Origin: Okamejei kenojei | Taxonomy: Eukaryota | Direction: 5' to 3' | NCBI GenBank assembly: GCA_035221665.1 | Contig: CM069160.1 | Location: forward strand, 4,340,001-4,404,000 | Length of the DNA: 64,000 nucleotides | Shown here: positions 35,905 to 49,311 of the stretch, one piece after another | Numbering within the stretch: position 1 is the stretch's first letter | How the letters are laid out: each line of letters opens with the position of its first letter | The notes under the pieces: model-generated | The model's input: only the letters and a program-made list of their open reading frames with translations | What the model was told of the DNA's origin: nothing | The model's database searches: none | Translations under genes and position numbers: made by a program

Positions 35905-37080
35905 GGGGTTGGGGGGGGTTTGTTACTAAGAGTTCTATCTACGGATTGTGAGTGTTTGATGTGATTTGTGGGTTGTTGTCTGATGTTGATTTGTGATGTG
36001 TTGTTGTGTGTGGTTGATGATTTGGTTGGAATGTTGATGATTTGTGATGTGTTAGTGTGTGTTGTGATGATCTGGTTGTTTGATGTTTGTGTTGATTTGA
36101 TTGATTGTTGAGTTTGATTGGTGTTGTGTGATTGTTGTGTGTGTGTGTGTTGATATGTTGTGTGATTGATGTGATTGTGTTTTGATTTTGTGTGTATTGT
36201 GGTGTGTGATTGTGTTTGTGTGAGTGTGTGATTTGTGATTTGATTGTGTGTTGATTGAGTTGTGTGTTGATTTGATTGTGATTTGTGTGTATGTTGATTG
36301 ATGAATTGATTGATTTGATTTGATTTCGTGATTGGATTGATTTGTTTTTTGTTTGTTATTATTGTTTTGTGAATGATGTTTTGTGTGTGTGTTTGTGTTT
36401 GATTGTTTTTATTTTTGTATTTGTTGTGCTTTTGTTAGATTTGATGTTGGTTTTGTTACTAACGTTGGTGTGATTTGATTGGTTGGTTTGTAGTGTGTGG
36501 TTGTGGTTGTGTTTGATTTGATTGGTGGTTGTGTGTTGTATGTGATTGTGTTTTTGTGTGATTTGATGATTAGTGTGTGATTTTGTTTGTGTGTGTTTGT
36601 GTGTGTTGATTGTGTTTGGATGTTGTTGTTTTGGATTTGTTTGTGTGTTTTGATTGATTTAGTTTGTGTTTGATTGATTGTGTGTGATTTTGATTGTGTG
36701 TGTTGGATTTGGTTGAAGATGGTTTGGTGTGTGATGTTGGTATTGGTGATTTGTGTTGATTGTGATTTGTTTTTTTTTTGTGATGTGTTTGATTTTTTTT
36801 GTGATGTGTGTTGTGGATTGATGTTGAAGGGTGTTGTTGTTTTGGTGTGTGTTTTGATTTGTGTTTGTGATTGATTGGTGTGTGTTGTTTTGATGTGTTT
36901 GGATTGTGATTTTACGTGTTTTTGATTTGTGTTGTGTGATGGGCGCTTTGTTGATTTGATTGTGATGTGGGTGTATTGTGTTGTGTGTGTGTGTTGTTTG
37001 TGTTGTTGATTGTGAATTTGTTTGTGATGTGATTGTGTGTGTGTGTGTTTTGATGGGTTTTGCTGGTGTTGATGATGATT
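35905..37080. repeat. T/G-rich, C-depleted aperiodic low-complexity tract splitting a SINE (35876-37310)
   Basis: About 1.2 kb almost devoid of C; SINE head (gtggcgaagcggtcgagct) before it and SINE body (gagtttgtacgttctccc) after it. Confidence 0.85.
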
Positions 37081-37409
37081 GCCTTTACAGAGTTTGTACG
37101 TTCTCCCTATGACCTGCGTGGGTTTTATCCGAGATCTTCTGTTTCCTCACACTCGAAGTGACGTAGCAACTTGTAGGTTAATTAGGTTGGTATTGATGCA
37201 AATTGTCCTATTTGTGTAGGATAGTGTTAGTTTGCGGGCATCGTGGTCGGTGCGGTCTCGGATGGGCCAAAGGGCCTGTTGCCGAACTGTCCCGTCTCTC
37301 TAAATTAAACAATTGCTCAAGTGACAGCCTGAAGTGCAGGATATTTCCCACCTGATCTATCTAGAGGATACCCCCTGGTCCTACCAGTCAGAGTGCATAC
37401 GCCGTATAC

Positions 37410-37689
37410 CTCTCCTCTGTAGTGCTTCTTGTCCACACTCCAGATATATCAGCAGCCACTTCACACAGTCCTTCTCCAGGAGATCTTTGAAATACTTGTT
37501 CATGAAGGTGTTGACATTCCACCGATCTACTAGCACCTGGAAATCTGGACTTAGTGCAATCCAGCGCATTCTGTCCTTGTCGAAAGCACAGGCATCCTTC
37601 CCGTCATAACCAGTCTGACAAACCATCAGTGGAATTGTCACTGTCCCACTTCACAGCCGCAGAAACCTGGACAAAGAAAACAGCTGGGG
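37410..37689 (-). CDS. MHC class I-like gene: alpha2 exon
   Basis: AG/GT-bounded 280-nt exon; FFVQ.FCGCEV.SDNSTDG..QTGYDGKDACAFDKDRMRWIA...RWN...LLEKDCVKWLLIYLECGQEALQRR (both alpha2 cysteines and the GYDGxD motif). Confidence 0.92.
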
Positions 37690-38559
37690 CTGAGGTGGAT
37701 GATTTGTTTGGGGGGAAGGGGATGGGGAGGAGAGACAATTAACAAATCAGTTCTCAGCGTGGTACAAACAGGCAGAACAGAACACAACATAGAGCTGTAC
37801 AGCACAGGAGCAGCTTTAGTTTAGAGATACTGCGTGGAAAGAGGCCCTTCAGCCCACCGACCGCAACGACCAGTTATCCCCGCACATTAAACACTATCCT
37901 ACACACACTACTTTTTTTACCCCAACTTTTCTCACCCTACTCCATCACTAAATGGTCCCTGGTCTCATATGTTTTCTGCCCATTTTTTCCACAGAATGCT
38001 GCCTTGACTCACTGAGTTCCACCCATTTGTTTTTAATTCAGGTTGGCGCATCTGCAGCAGTTTGCTGTTACACCATCTTAGCACAATTGATGATCAGTGT
38101 GGATTCAGTGAGCAGAATGGCCGATATCCATGCTGTGTGACTCAATGACTCAATGACCAATGGTCTATATACTGAGGGCATGAACTAACGTCAAGTGTTG
38201 AGGGGGGGACGCTTTAATGTTGCGGACGTAACACTAAAGCAGTTCTGCTGTGTCAGAAGGGTAGAACTCAGACTTCTGCACTGTCGTACATAAAGAACAG
38301 AGGAAGAAGTGCATTGTCAGATGGGCAATGGTACAGAGCCAACAGCTCAGTTGAAGATTAAGGTGATGCAGATGGAAAGTACATCAAGGCTGTAGACTGT
38401 CTGGGATTGCTACACTCTCTGAGGATTGTTGCCAATATTCAGGGAATGCTGAATGAACAAAATATTATTACTGAGGGAATAATTACATGAATAACAAAGT
38501 TTATCAGAATACTCCCAGACATGTTGGGTGTCTACCCCAGGTCTGGTCTGGACACTTAC

Positions 38560-38819
38560 TCGAGACCTCCATGTTGCTGTTGGTAAACTATCTCACGCAT
38601 TTCCTCGGAGAATCCATGAAAACCTGCCACTGTGATGGTCATTGAGGTCCAGTGATCCTGTGGGGAAAGACTGGGCCATCCATCGTTGTCTGGGAACAGC
38701 CGATTAGTGTGCTGTCAAAATATGCGATCTGGAGGTCATCCAACATTGCCACCATACTGTACTCAGGCAACTCACTTAATCCATGTTCAACAGGTAGTAA
38801 AATGCAAGATGGTGAAAAT
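38560..38819 (-). CDS. MHC class I-like gene: alpha1 exon
   Basis: AG/GT-bounded 260-nt exon; DFHHLAFYYLL-HGLSELPEYSMVAMLDDLQIAYFDS...PRQRWMAQSF..DHW. Confidence 0.85.
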
Positions 38820-39039
38820 CTGCAATGCATAAACAAAAATAAGTATGATTGTGTCATCACTGTAAAGTGCTCAAAAGAAGTTGCTAAAACTGCTAACAAT
38901 ACAAGAACTTTGTGTAAGAGGGTGACAAGGACATGCAGATGCAAGTGCTGGAGGAACTCAGTGGGCCAGGCAGCATCTGTTAGAGGGGGGGGGGGAGATG
39001 ATCGGATGGACATTGTGGGTCAGGAGCCGTTTTATTTAG

Positions 39040-39345
39040 GTTTTAGATAGAGATACAGCATGGAAAAAAGGCCCTTCGGCCCACTTAGTCCACACTGACC
39101 AGCAACCCCCACACTCTAACACTATCTACACACACAAGGAATGAATTTACATTCTACACTAAGGTAATTAACCTACAAACATGTACTTCTTTGGTATGTG
39201 GGAGAATTGAAGATCTCGGGAAAAAACCCACACGGTCAGGTGGAGAATGTGCAAAACACCGTACAGACAGGACCCGTAGTCAGGATCCAACCTGGGCATT
39301 GGGTACTGTAAGGGCGGTAAGGCAGCAATTCTACCCTGTACCACT
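39040..39345 (-). mobile_element. HE1-like SINE
   Basis: Reverse complement of the 497-800 element. Confidence 0.75.
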
Positions 39346-40185
39346 GAGCCATCTTCAAGAGTAGGCAAGGTGGGCTCTGATACATATTCCACCAATTGTG
39401 GTCGAGGCATTGAATGATCCGATTGGATTGATTCCCATCTTCAAAGATCTATTATTGTCTATCATGTCGATATGGTCTACTAGTTGCAATATTCCAAAAT
39501 ATGAAGAATATTTTATTTTATTAAGAACATGGACAATGTCAAAGATACTTTATAGAATCATAGGGAGGTAAAGTCAAAGAGTCATACAGCTGGGAATCAG
39601 GGTTCTACGGCTCAACTTGCCACACCGACCGACATGCCCCATCTACACTGCCTGTATTTCATCAGTACTTAGGTTCCTAGGAGAATAAATAGGCCATTCA
39701 GCCCATCGGCCATTCAATCATGGCTGCTCTATCTCTCCCTCTCAAACCACATTGTCCCGCCTTCGCACCATAACCCTTGACACTCGTAGTGATCAAGAAT
39801 CTGTCAATCTCCACCTGAAACATCAATTGACGCGGGGTCCACAGCTCTCTGAGAAGGCCCATATCATTCAAAACCTATCTATCCATGTACCTGATTAAAT
39901 GTTTCTTAAATGTTGCGATATTACCTGCCTGAACTGCCTTCTCCGGCAGTTCATTCAGTACACCCACCACTCTTTGTGTAACAAAGCTACGCCTCAGGTT
40001 CGTATTATATCTTTCTCACTCATTTTAAAACTTATGGCCTCTGGCTACAGCATATAAAAAGGCCCTTTAGCCCACCAAATCCGTGGTAAACCATCAAACA
40101 ACCTATTTATACTTGTGGTACGCTAACCAATTTAATACTTTCCATTCTCCCATTAGTACCTCCCCTCCATAGATTCTAATACATA

Positions 40186-42469
40186 GAGTGCCCGCCATAA
40201 TGTTTGGGACAAAGACCCATCATTTATTTATTTGCCTCTGTACTCCACAATTTGAGATATGTAATAGAAAAAAAATCGCATGTGGTCAAAGTGCATATTG
40301 GCAGATTTTATTAAAGGGTATTTCTTGCACATTTTGGTTTCACCATGTAGAAATTACAGCTGTGTTTATACATAATCCCCCCCCCCCCCCCCCCCCCCCC
40401 CCCCCACCATTTCGGGGGCACCATAATGTTTGGGACACATGGCTTCACAGGTATATATAATTGCTCTTGGGTATTTAAATGCCTCCTTAATGCAGAGTAT
40501 AAGAGAGCTCAGCACCTAGTCTTTCCAACACCTTTGGAAACTTGTATTGCTGTTTATCAACATGAGGATCAAAGTTGTGCCAATTAAAGTCAAAGAAGCT
40601 ATTATTGAGTCTGAGAAACCAAGAATAAAACTGTTCAAGACATCAGCCAAACGTTAGGCTTACCAAAATCAACCAATTGGAACATCATTAAGAAGAAAGA
40701 GAGCACTGGTGCTCTCTGGTTGTATAGGGCTCTGGTGAGACCACATCTGGAGTAGGTGTGTACAGTTTTGGTCTCCTTATTTGAGGGAAGGACATCCTTG
40801 TAATTGAGGCAGTGCAGCGCATGTTCACGAGATTGATCCCTGGGATGGCGGAACTGTCATATGAGGAACGATTGAAAAGACTAGGATTGTATTGACTGGA
40901 GTTTAGAAGGATGAGGGGGATCTTATAGAAACATATAAAATTATAAAAGGACTGGACAAGCTAGATGCAGGAAACATGTTCCCAATGTTGGGCGAGTCCA
41001 GAACCAGGGGCCACACTCAGAATAAAGGGGAGGTCTTTTAAGACTGAGGTGAGAAAAAACGTTTTCATCCAGAGAGTTGTGAATTCATGGAATTCCCTGC
41101 CACAGAGGGCAGTGGAGGCCAAGTCACTGGATGGATTTAAGAGAGAGTTAGATAGAGCTCTAGGGGCTAGTGGAGTCAAGGGGTGTGGGGAGAAGGCAGG
41201 CACGGGTTATTGATAGGAGACGATCGGCCATGTTCACAATGAATGGCGGTGCTGGCTCGAAGGGACGAATGGCCTCTTCCTGCACCTATTTTCTATGTTT
41301 CTATGGTTCTATGGTGAGCTTACTAATCGCAAAGGGACTGGCAGGCCAAGGAACACCTTCACAGCTGATGACAGAAGAATTCTCTCTGTTAAAAAGAAAC
41401 ATCCCCAAACACCTGTCCGACATCAGAAACACTCATCAGGAGTCAAGTGTGGATTCGTCAATGACCACTGTCCGCAGAAGACTTCATGAACAGAAATACG
41501 GACACTACACTGCAAGATGCAAACCACTTTTTAGCCGCTAAAAATAGGATGACCGGTAATGTTTGCCAAGAAGTACTTTAAAGAGCAACCACATTTCTGG
41601 AAAAAAGGTCTTATGGACAGATGGAGACGAAGATTAACATATCATAGTGATGGCAAGAACAAAATATTGAGGAGATAAGGAAACTGCCCAAGATCCAAAG
41701 TACACCATCCTCACCTGAGAAACACGGTAGTGGGGTTTTGTGGCCTGGGCACGTATGGCTGCTGAAGGTACTGGCTTACTTAGCTTTGTTGAACATTCAG
41801 CTACTGATGGTAGATGCATAATGAATTCTGAAGCGTATAGACAACATCCTATATGCTCAAGTTCAAACAAAATGCCTCAAAACACTCATATTTGCCGGCG
41901 GTACATACTACTGCAAGACAATGATCCCCAACATATTGCTGAAGCAACAAAATAGCTTTTCTAAGCTAAAACAATGTAAAATTGTGAGTGATCAAGTCAA
42001 TCACCGATCTGAACCAAAATGAGCATGCCTTTTATATGCTGAAGAATAAACTGAAGGGTTACTAGCCCTCTCCAAATGAAGCATAAGCTAAAGATGGTTT
42101 GCAATGCAGGCCTGGCAGAGCATCACCAGAAAAACCCCCCAGCAACTGGTGATGTCCATGAATCATCGGCTTCAAGCAGTCATTGCATGCAAAGGATATG
42201 CAATAAAATACTAAGCATGGCTACTTTCATTTACATGACATTGCTGTGTCCCAAACATTATGGTGCCCTAAAATGGGGGGACTATGTATAAACACTGCTG
42301 TAATTTCTACATGGTGAAACCAACATGAAAAATAATGGCCTTTATTTTAAATCTGACAATGTGCACTTTAACCACATTTGAGTTTTTATATGACAACTAT
42401 CAAATTCTGCAGTACAGGGGCAAATAAATAAATGATTGTTCTTTGTCCGAAACATTATGGAGGGCACTG
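40186..42469 (+). mobile_element. Tc1-family DNA transposon (IR-DR type), defective
   Basis: TA flanks (40184-40185, 42470-42471); about 230-250-bp inverted termini, each with a repeated ccataatgtttgggaca; transposase from ATG 40562 with HTH, GRPR, WTD.TKIN, LQDNDPQH and SP/DLNQNEH motifs. Confidence 0.93.
40712..41310 (+). mobile_element. CR1 3' fragment inserted in the Tc1 transposase
   Basis: LYRALVRPHLE..., (ttctatg)n tail; the transposase KKKESTG|ELTNRKGTGRPR resumes after it; tggtg duplicated at the junctions. Confidence 0.92.
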
Positions 42470-42529
42470 TATGAACGATCAATTCACGCTGGCCAATTTA
42501 CCTCTCTTTGGGATGTGGGGAGAAACTGG

Positions 42530-43416
42530 AATAACTTTTATTTCACAACAGATTGCTGGTTTAAGGGAAGAAATAAACCAGATGAACACCCAGATGAACC
42601 AGATGAACAATCAATTGAAAGAATTTCAACAGGAAACAAATTTAAATATTAATAACAAGATCAAGAAATTATCGGAAGATTTGAAGAAAGAATTCACAGA
42701 AATGATTAACGAAATGACAAAGGAGATGGATAAAAAAATTGAAAAGGTTAAAAAAGACTTTGAAAATAGGATGAATCCTATGGAGGAAGTGTTGGAACAA
42801 CAGACGGCTGGTATAAAGAACCTTGAAGAAGTAGCTGATACAAGTGCTTTGACTACAGCAAAGTTGCTTACCGAAAATTGAACGTCTAACGAACCTGCTG
42901 ACTAAAATAACTGTGAGAAAATGTACTGAGCTAGAAGGACGCCAGAGAAGACAAAATCTAAGGATTGCAGGTATTCCCGAAGGACGAGAGAAAGATGAAG
43001 ATCTTCGAGAATTTACTGCGAATTTACTGCAACATGTTCTATCTCTGGAACAAAAGCCTTTATTAGCCCGTGCTCATAGAGTCAGGAGACGTCAGACAAG
43101 ATTAAACGCCCCTCCAAGACAAATTATCATAAAGCTACAATATGACTTTGTCCTCGACGAGATTATGCGAAAAGCCACGAAAAACAGAAACCTGGTATTT
43201 GAAGAACACAAGATTAGCATCTACCGAGATTATCCAGCAGAGGTTGCCAGGAAACGGAAAGCATTTAACGAAGCTAAAAGTCTCATGAGGGGTGTGGATA
43301 ATCTGAGATACGGCTTGAATTATCCAGCGACTTTAAGAGTCACCTTTAACAAAAGGGAACACTTCTTTGCCAGCCCAACAGAAGCACTGGACTTCGCTCG
43401 GCAGATCAAGACCTGA
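42530..43416 (+). mobile_element. L1-clade LINE ORF1 (coiled coil, RRM and CTD), 5' truncated, one frameshift
   Basis: Heptad-rich N-terminal part; LEGRQRRQNLRIAGIPEG, RAHR, ISIYRDY, YPATLRVTF. Confidence 0.9.
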
Positions 43417-44460
43417 GAGAAATATTTTCCATTGAATATACTGACTCTCACCACATTTAGAAACTTTATAAGGATCCTCAACATCCTGCAAGACTTTGCA
43501 AGATAATGTTGGACTGGACGGATTGGACAATGTCGAATGGAATCGAGAGGAAGAAGTGGATCGGAAGACTTCATCTGGATACTAATAATTAGTAAAATCA
43601 CACTACTAATATAAATAAATAACTAACAAATATTAAAATCACAACGCGGTATGATTATCAGTATTATTCTTACTAATTAACATTGCCCACCATTACTAAT
43701 CACTATTATTAATAATTAATAACTAATGCTTATTTATGTAGGAATGAATAGAGCCAAATAAAGGGATGGATTTCAATTGGAGATCTTTCTTTATAACAGC
43801 AATTTTCACCTTGCACCTTTGTTTTTCTTTTTGTTTTATGGGATTTTTTATCTTTTTTTTAATAGCTTTTTATATTTCATTTTTAACATTACTTAGATTT
43901 TTAAATTAATTCTAGATATAGATACGCCTATATCTTTAATCAGTATAATTCGATAAATGTTTCCCCCCCTTTTTTTTCTCTGTTTTGTACCTTTTTAATA
44001 AATTTTTAATGATTTTTTTTCTTTTTTCTATTTCTCCTTTTTTTTTACCCTTTCTTTTTTTCCCTTAATGTTATACCCCCGGTAAAATATTATTTTGGAA
44101 TAATAATTCCTTAAACCTGGGAGCCGGCCAAGTTAACAACATCAACGACGGAAGTCATTAGATGGTTAGCCATGTTAGTATGGGTAGCACTAACTGCAAC
44201 TAATCTAGATGTAGTTTTTTCTATCTTTAAGCACAATACTAACCTCTTAATCTATCCTTTCCTTTCCTTTTATATAAACTGCTGTGTTTTTCAGTTTGAA
44301 TGGAGCTCTATTACATTGACCAATTAAGATATATTCGTGAGGGACATAAACGAGACTTAAAATTCATCTATTCGATGTTCGGGTGTTAAGGGTGGGTCTG
44401 TCGCGCTGATCCATGGACTCTAGTGTAGACTTCCATAAACATAAGAGGCAAGACTTAAAA

Positions 44461-45585
44461 ATGAATACGGGGAATGAGGGATTAACGTTTTGTTAGTTGG
44501 AATGTCAAAGGTATTATGAACGATAAAGAGAGGAAAAATATTGGCACACTTAAAGGCAACTAAAGCTGATGTAATTTATATTCAAGTAACTCACTTAAAA
44601 AAAGACGCCCGAGCATAGGTTGAAAGCTAAATGGATAGATAAAATGTATCACACTCGTCTTTCAAGCATAAATCAAGAGGCGTAGCAATATTATTTCGTA
44701 AAGGTACTTTATTTAAGCATACATCAACTATAACTGATAAAGATGGCAGATACATTATTGTGATAGGAGAATTAAACACAGAAAAAATGATTCTTGTTAA
44801 TATATATGGACCAAATTTTGATAGCCCATTGTTTTTTAAGAAAGTACTTAATAATATTGCGGACCTAACACAATATAATTTAATAATTGGAGGAGATTTC
44901 AATTGTACATTAGACCCCTATTTAGACAGATCTACAAGGCAAAGAAAAACTAAATCAAACTCCAGTGATTTATTAAACGCATATATGCAAACGATTAACA
45001 TCAAAGATGTTTGGAGAATAGAAAATCCTACTGGACGAGAATACTCTCTTTTTACTCGCCAGTACATAAAACCTACTCAAGTATAGATTATTTTTTGTGG
45101 ATGCAAAACTTATTTCACTTACTTACGAATCCAAATATCACAATATTATAATTTCAGATCATGCACCATTAACATTTAAGATCAAAATAAATGGTAAAAC
45201 AGAAAAATCAGGACAGTGGAGATTTAACCCACAAATTAAAAAAAAATATAAAACTACTCAGGAATATATCACAACACAAATTAATATTTTTTGAAATAAA
45301 TGATCAACCAGAAATATCTTGCTCCTTATTATGGGAAACATTTAAAGCATATCTTCGGGAAGTTATGATCTCTTCACAAGCATTTAATAATAAAAAGAAT
45401 CGGAAGGAACAACAAGATTTGGAAAGGGAGATTAAACAATTAGACATACAGAATGCAACAAAACCCAGATATAATATTACACAATAAAATTGCAGCATTG
45501 AAATATAAATTAAATAAAATATACACAGATCAAGTTGTAAAACTTTATCAACATACTAAACAAATACAGTTCGAATTTGGAGATA
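44461..45585 (+). mobile_element. L1-clade LINE ORF2 endonuclease region, truncated before RT
   Basis: SWNVKG, RGVAILF, LVNIYGPN, IIGGDFN, DVWR, SDHAP, WRFN, WETFKAYLR, FEFGD. Confidence 0.92.
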
Positions 45586-47625
45586 ACCATATAACAATTA
45601 CAGCACGGAGACAGGCCCTCTCGGCCCTTCCAGTCCGTGCCGACCATTTGTTTTCCCCTAGTCCCATCTACCTGCACTCAGACCATACCCCTCCATTCCC
45701 TTCACGTCCATATACCTATCCCCTTTACTTTTAAATGTTAAAATCGATCCTGCCTCCACCACCTCTGCTGGAAGCTCATTCCACACAGCCACCACCCTCT
45801 GAGTAAAGAAGTTCCCCCTCACGTTACCCCTAAACTTCTGTCCCTTAATGCTCATGTCATGTCCCTCTTGTTTGAATCTTCCTTACCCTCAATGGGAAAA
45901 GCTTATCCACGTCAACTCTGTCTATCCCTTTCATCATTTTAAAGACCTCAATCAAGTCCCCCCTTAACCTTCTGCGCTCCAAAGAATAAAGACCTAACTT
46001 TTCAACCTTTCTCTGTAACATAGTTGCTGGAACCCTGGCAACATTCTAGTAAATCTCCTCTGTACTCTCTGTATTTTGTTGACATCCTTCCTATAACTAG
46101 GCGACCAAAATTGTACACCATACTCCAGAATTGGTCTTACCAATGCCTTGTACAATTTTAACATTACTTCCCTACTCCTATATTCATGCTCTGATCTACC
46201 TATAAAGGCCAGCACACCAAAGGCTTTCTCTTTACCACCCTATCTACATGCGATTCCACCTTCAGGGAACTATGCACAGTTATTCCTAGAATCCCTCTGT
46301 TCCACAGCATTCCTCAATCCCCTACCATTTAATGTACGTCCTATTTTTGATTTGTCCTGCCAAGATGTATCACTTCACACTTATCAGCATTTAAATTTTT
46401 TATTAAACTCCATCTGCCATCTTTCAGCCCACTTTTCAAAATGGCCCAAATCTCCTCTGTAGACTTTGAGATTCTACTTCATTATCCACAATACCACCTA
46501 TCTTAGTATCATCTGCATACTTACTTATCCAATTTTCACCCCTTCATCCAGATCATTGATGTATCATGACAAACAACAGTGGACCCCAACACAGATCCCT
46601 GAGGCACCCCACTGGTCACCGGCTTCCAACCTGACAACAACAGCATCCACCATTACTCTCTGAACATCTCCCATTCAGCCACTGTTGAATCCATTCTTGC
46701 TACTCCGCCATTAAACACCCAAAGATTGAACTTCTCAGAACCAACCTTCCATGGGAACCTTGTCAAAGGCCTTACTGAAATCCATATAGACAACATCCAC
46801 TACTGCTTTAAAACCCTCATCAATTTCCCCCCTAGTTTACCGCTTCAAGAAAAAATTCAAGAAGGTTTGTCAAACTTGACCTTCCAGGCACAAATCCATG
46901 TTGACTGTTCCTGATCAGACCCTGTTTATCCAGATGCTTATATATATTATCTCTAAGTATCCTTTCCATTAATTTGCCCACCACTGCGTCAAACTAATAG
47001 GTCTTTTAATTGCTATTGGTTTATTCTTTGAACCCTTTTTTTAAACAATGAACAACAAATGCGCAGTACGCCAAATCCTCCGGCACTATTCCCGTTTCTA
47101 ATGACATTTGAAAATATTTCTGTCATTAAGCTCCTGCTATTTCTACACTAACTTCCCTCAATGTCCTAGGGAAATATCCTGTCCGGACCTGGAGACTTAT
47201 TCCACCTTTATATTTTTTTCAAAAGGTGTCAGTACTTCCTCCTCTTTGAATCTCATAGTTTCCATAGCTACTCTACTTTTTTCCCTTACCTCACAGAGTT
47301 CAATTATCCTTCTCCTTGTGTGAATACCGAAGAAAAGAAATTGTTCAATATCTCCCCCATCTCTTTTGGCTCTGCAGATAGCTGTCCATTCTGGTTCTCT
47401 AATGGTCCAATTTTATCCCTCGTTATCCTTTTGCTATTAATATAGCTGTAGAAACCCTTTGGATTTACTTTCAGCTTTCTTGCCAAAGCAACGTCATATC
47501 TTCTTTTAGCCCTCCTATTTTCTTTCTTAAGATTCTTTTTACATTCTTTATACTCCTCTAGCACCTCATTTACTCCATGCCTCCTATAATTATTGTAGAT
47601 ATCTCTCTTTTTTCGAAACAAGTGT
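45586..47625 (-). mobile_element. CR1-type LINE, about 2 kb 3' portion
   Basis: KVNPKGFYSYINSKR..EILNNFFSSVFT; LYKALVRPILEYGVQFWSP; tail ataaccatataacaattacagcacgg. Confidence 0.92.
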
Positions 47626-47861
47626 ATCCTGCTACCTGGTGTCAGAATTCTGAAATATGGGCACGCCATGCGAGAATGGTTTGAATTCTGAATGTGTTTA
47701 GAAATAATAAGTAACTTCTCCAAAATCTGTAACACAGAATGATCTGCAGAAAAAAAGTTGTTTTTCTCTTCTGGCAAACAATGTTGCTTTAAGTGTTTTC
47801 TTTTCAGTTCAAATAAATTAGTTTCAACTCTACACGCAACTTGGGCATACAAATAGGTATA

Positions 47862-48447
47862 CCTATCCAGTTGGGAGGTCATGTTGCAGTTGTATAAGAC
47901 GTTGGTGAGACCGCATTTAGAAAATTTGTGTTCAGTTCTGGGCATCATGTTATAGGAAAGATATTGTCAAGCTTGAAAAGATTTACGAGGATGTTGCCAG
48001 GACTAGAGGGTGTGAACTATAGGGAGAGGTTGAGTAGGCTGGGACTCTATTCCTTGGAGCGCAGGAGGATGAGGGGAGATCTTATACAGGTGTGCAAAAT
48101 CATGAGAGGAATAGATTGGGTAGATGCACAAAGTCTCTTGCCCAGAGAAGGGTAATCGAGGACCAGAGGACATCGGTTCAAGATGAAGGGGAAAAGCTTT
48201 AGTAGGAATCCGAGGGGTAACGTTTTCACACAAAGGGTGGTGCGTGTATGGAACAAGCTGCCGGAGCAGGTAATTGAGGCTGGGACTATCCAATCATTTA
48301 AGGAACAGTTAGACAGGTGCATGGATAGGAGAGGTTTGGAGGGATGTGGATCAAGCGCAGGCAGGTGGGGCAAGTGTAGCCGGGACATATTGGTCGGTGT
48401 GGGCAAGTTGGGCTGAAGGGACTGTTTCCACACTATCACTCTATGAC
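47862..48447 (+). mobile_element. CR1 3' fragment
   Basis: RFTRMLPGLEGVNYRERLSRLGLYSLERRRMRGDLI. Confidence 0.9.
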
Positions 48448-49311
48448 ACGCTAGGTAGCATTCCAAAGCTTCCCATGTAGTGTGTGATTAGTAGTGTTTG
48501 TAAATAATTGGTGGCAGTAGTTGTTTATGTTACTTAAACACTGACATTACAGTTGCTTAAAATTACTGCTGAGCTGAAAGTACCCCTAATTCTGTAGCCT
48601 CGCTCAATAATCAATTTTGATTCGGACAAGCAGCTTTCATTAACCTTAACAATTCTAGTCCTTGACTAGGGTGGGGAAGAACAGTCAGCATTTTAAAATA
48701 ATAGATATACAGATTTTCCATAATGTCAAGTGCTGTTGAGGATTCCAGTTTTAAAATCTTGCTTTTTTTTACTGGGGGAGGGGGGATGAAAGAGGAAACG
48801 TGTTTCATTTGTACACCATGCTATAGTTGCCATAATTGGATGTGTGTGTTCCGTGGCAAATCTGGAATTTTTCAAACTATTTTTTACTGGGAATCAAAAC
48901 GGTTCCCAGAATTCTGTTGGAAGTCTTATTCTTCATAATGGCTATAAACTACTGGTTAGTCTCTAATATTAATTGTTTACAAAGTGTTTTGTGTCTGCTA
49001 TACAAGAACACAAATAGAAGCAGGAGTAGGTCATTTGGTCCCTCTATATTGCCCTTCAATAACTTCCTGGCTGATCTTTAATCTCAGTGCCGTTGACAAC
49101 AGTTGGATTGACAGCCACACTATATCTCCAGCAGCCTGGCTCCAAAACCAAAGATCCACTCTAAGATCTTTGCTCCAAACCATTAGTATCAACAGAAATG
49201 TTGCCACAGAAAGATCAATATCAGAGCTCTTAACCATAAAATGAGCTTGTCTCAGACGGTGCCTCACAGTTAACCTGGCAAATCTCTGCTTCCAGCAGTC
49301 GCAGAATATCA

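Noticed and set aside
42432-43416. Domesticated L1TD1-like host gene
   Set aside because: Followed by L1 ORF2 in the normal arrangement; the ORF start is borrowed from Tc1/SINE sequence, so it is an ordinary L1 ORF1.
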